Source: Octopus vulgaris (taxonomy: Eukaryota). From it: a stretch of DNA of 64,000 nucleotides. Shown here piece by piece: positions 63,823 to 64,000 of the stretch. The notes beneath the pieces were generated by a model. It searched no databases. It was not told where the DNA came from and was given only the letters and a program-made list of their open reading frames with translations. The stretch is from assembly GCA_951406725.2 (NCBI GenBank), contig OX597838.1, positions 24,800,001-24,864,000 on the forward strand, given 5' to 3'. Each line of letters opens with the position of its first letter. Within the stretch, counting starts at the first letter, position 1. The position numbers and the translations under genes are program-made.

Positions 63823-64000
63823 GTTAAGAAAACGAAGATCTTGTCAACGGCAGCCACAACAAACATCAGCATCAAGATCGATAATGAAGAGATCGAAGTG
63901 GTTGATGATTTCATCTTCCTTGGCTCCAAAATAAATCGAGATGGTGACTGCACTGCAGAAATAAGACGGCGGATAGTACTAGGCAGAGAGGCAATGGTCA
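63823..64000 (+). mobile_element. 5'-truncated RTE/BovB-like LINE, reverse transcriptase C-terminal region (runs off the window)
   Basis: Open frame VKKTKILSTAATTNISIKIDNEEIEVVDDFIFLGSKINRDGDCTAEIRRRIVLGREAMV carries the RTE-BovB KTK...EVVxDFIFLGSKI..DGDC..EIxRR signature. Confidence 0.9.

Overview
Eukaryotic, AT-rich, microsatellite-saturated DNA that most likely comes from an octopus (coleoid cephalopod) genome. This assignment rests on recognising the repeat families and was not checked by a database search. I find no convincing host protein-coding gene; nearly all long ORFs in the track are translations of simple repeats or SINEs, so the window reads as intronic or intergenic. It contains at least four tRNA-headed SINE families (working labels SINE-A, -B, -D, -G), 5'-truncated RTE, CR1, Tx1-like and probable R4/Dong LINE remnants, mariner/Tc1 relics, piggyBac-like MITEs, non-autonomous Helitrons, an intron-containing tRNA-Lys(TTT) pseudogene and several minisatellites. 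The most interesting signal is a recurring architecture of fold-back inverted repeats, mostly in (TA)n tracts, some enclosing minimal type I hammerhead-ribozyme cores (CTGATGA...GAAA with a palindromic stem III), as expected for Penelope-like element or retrozyme ends. One family appears to combine a tRNA-derived Pol III head, a 5' inversion and a hammerhead. Coordinates of degenerate repeats are approximate.
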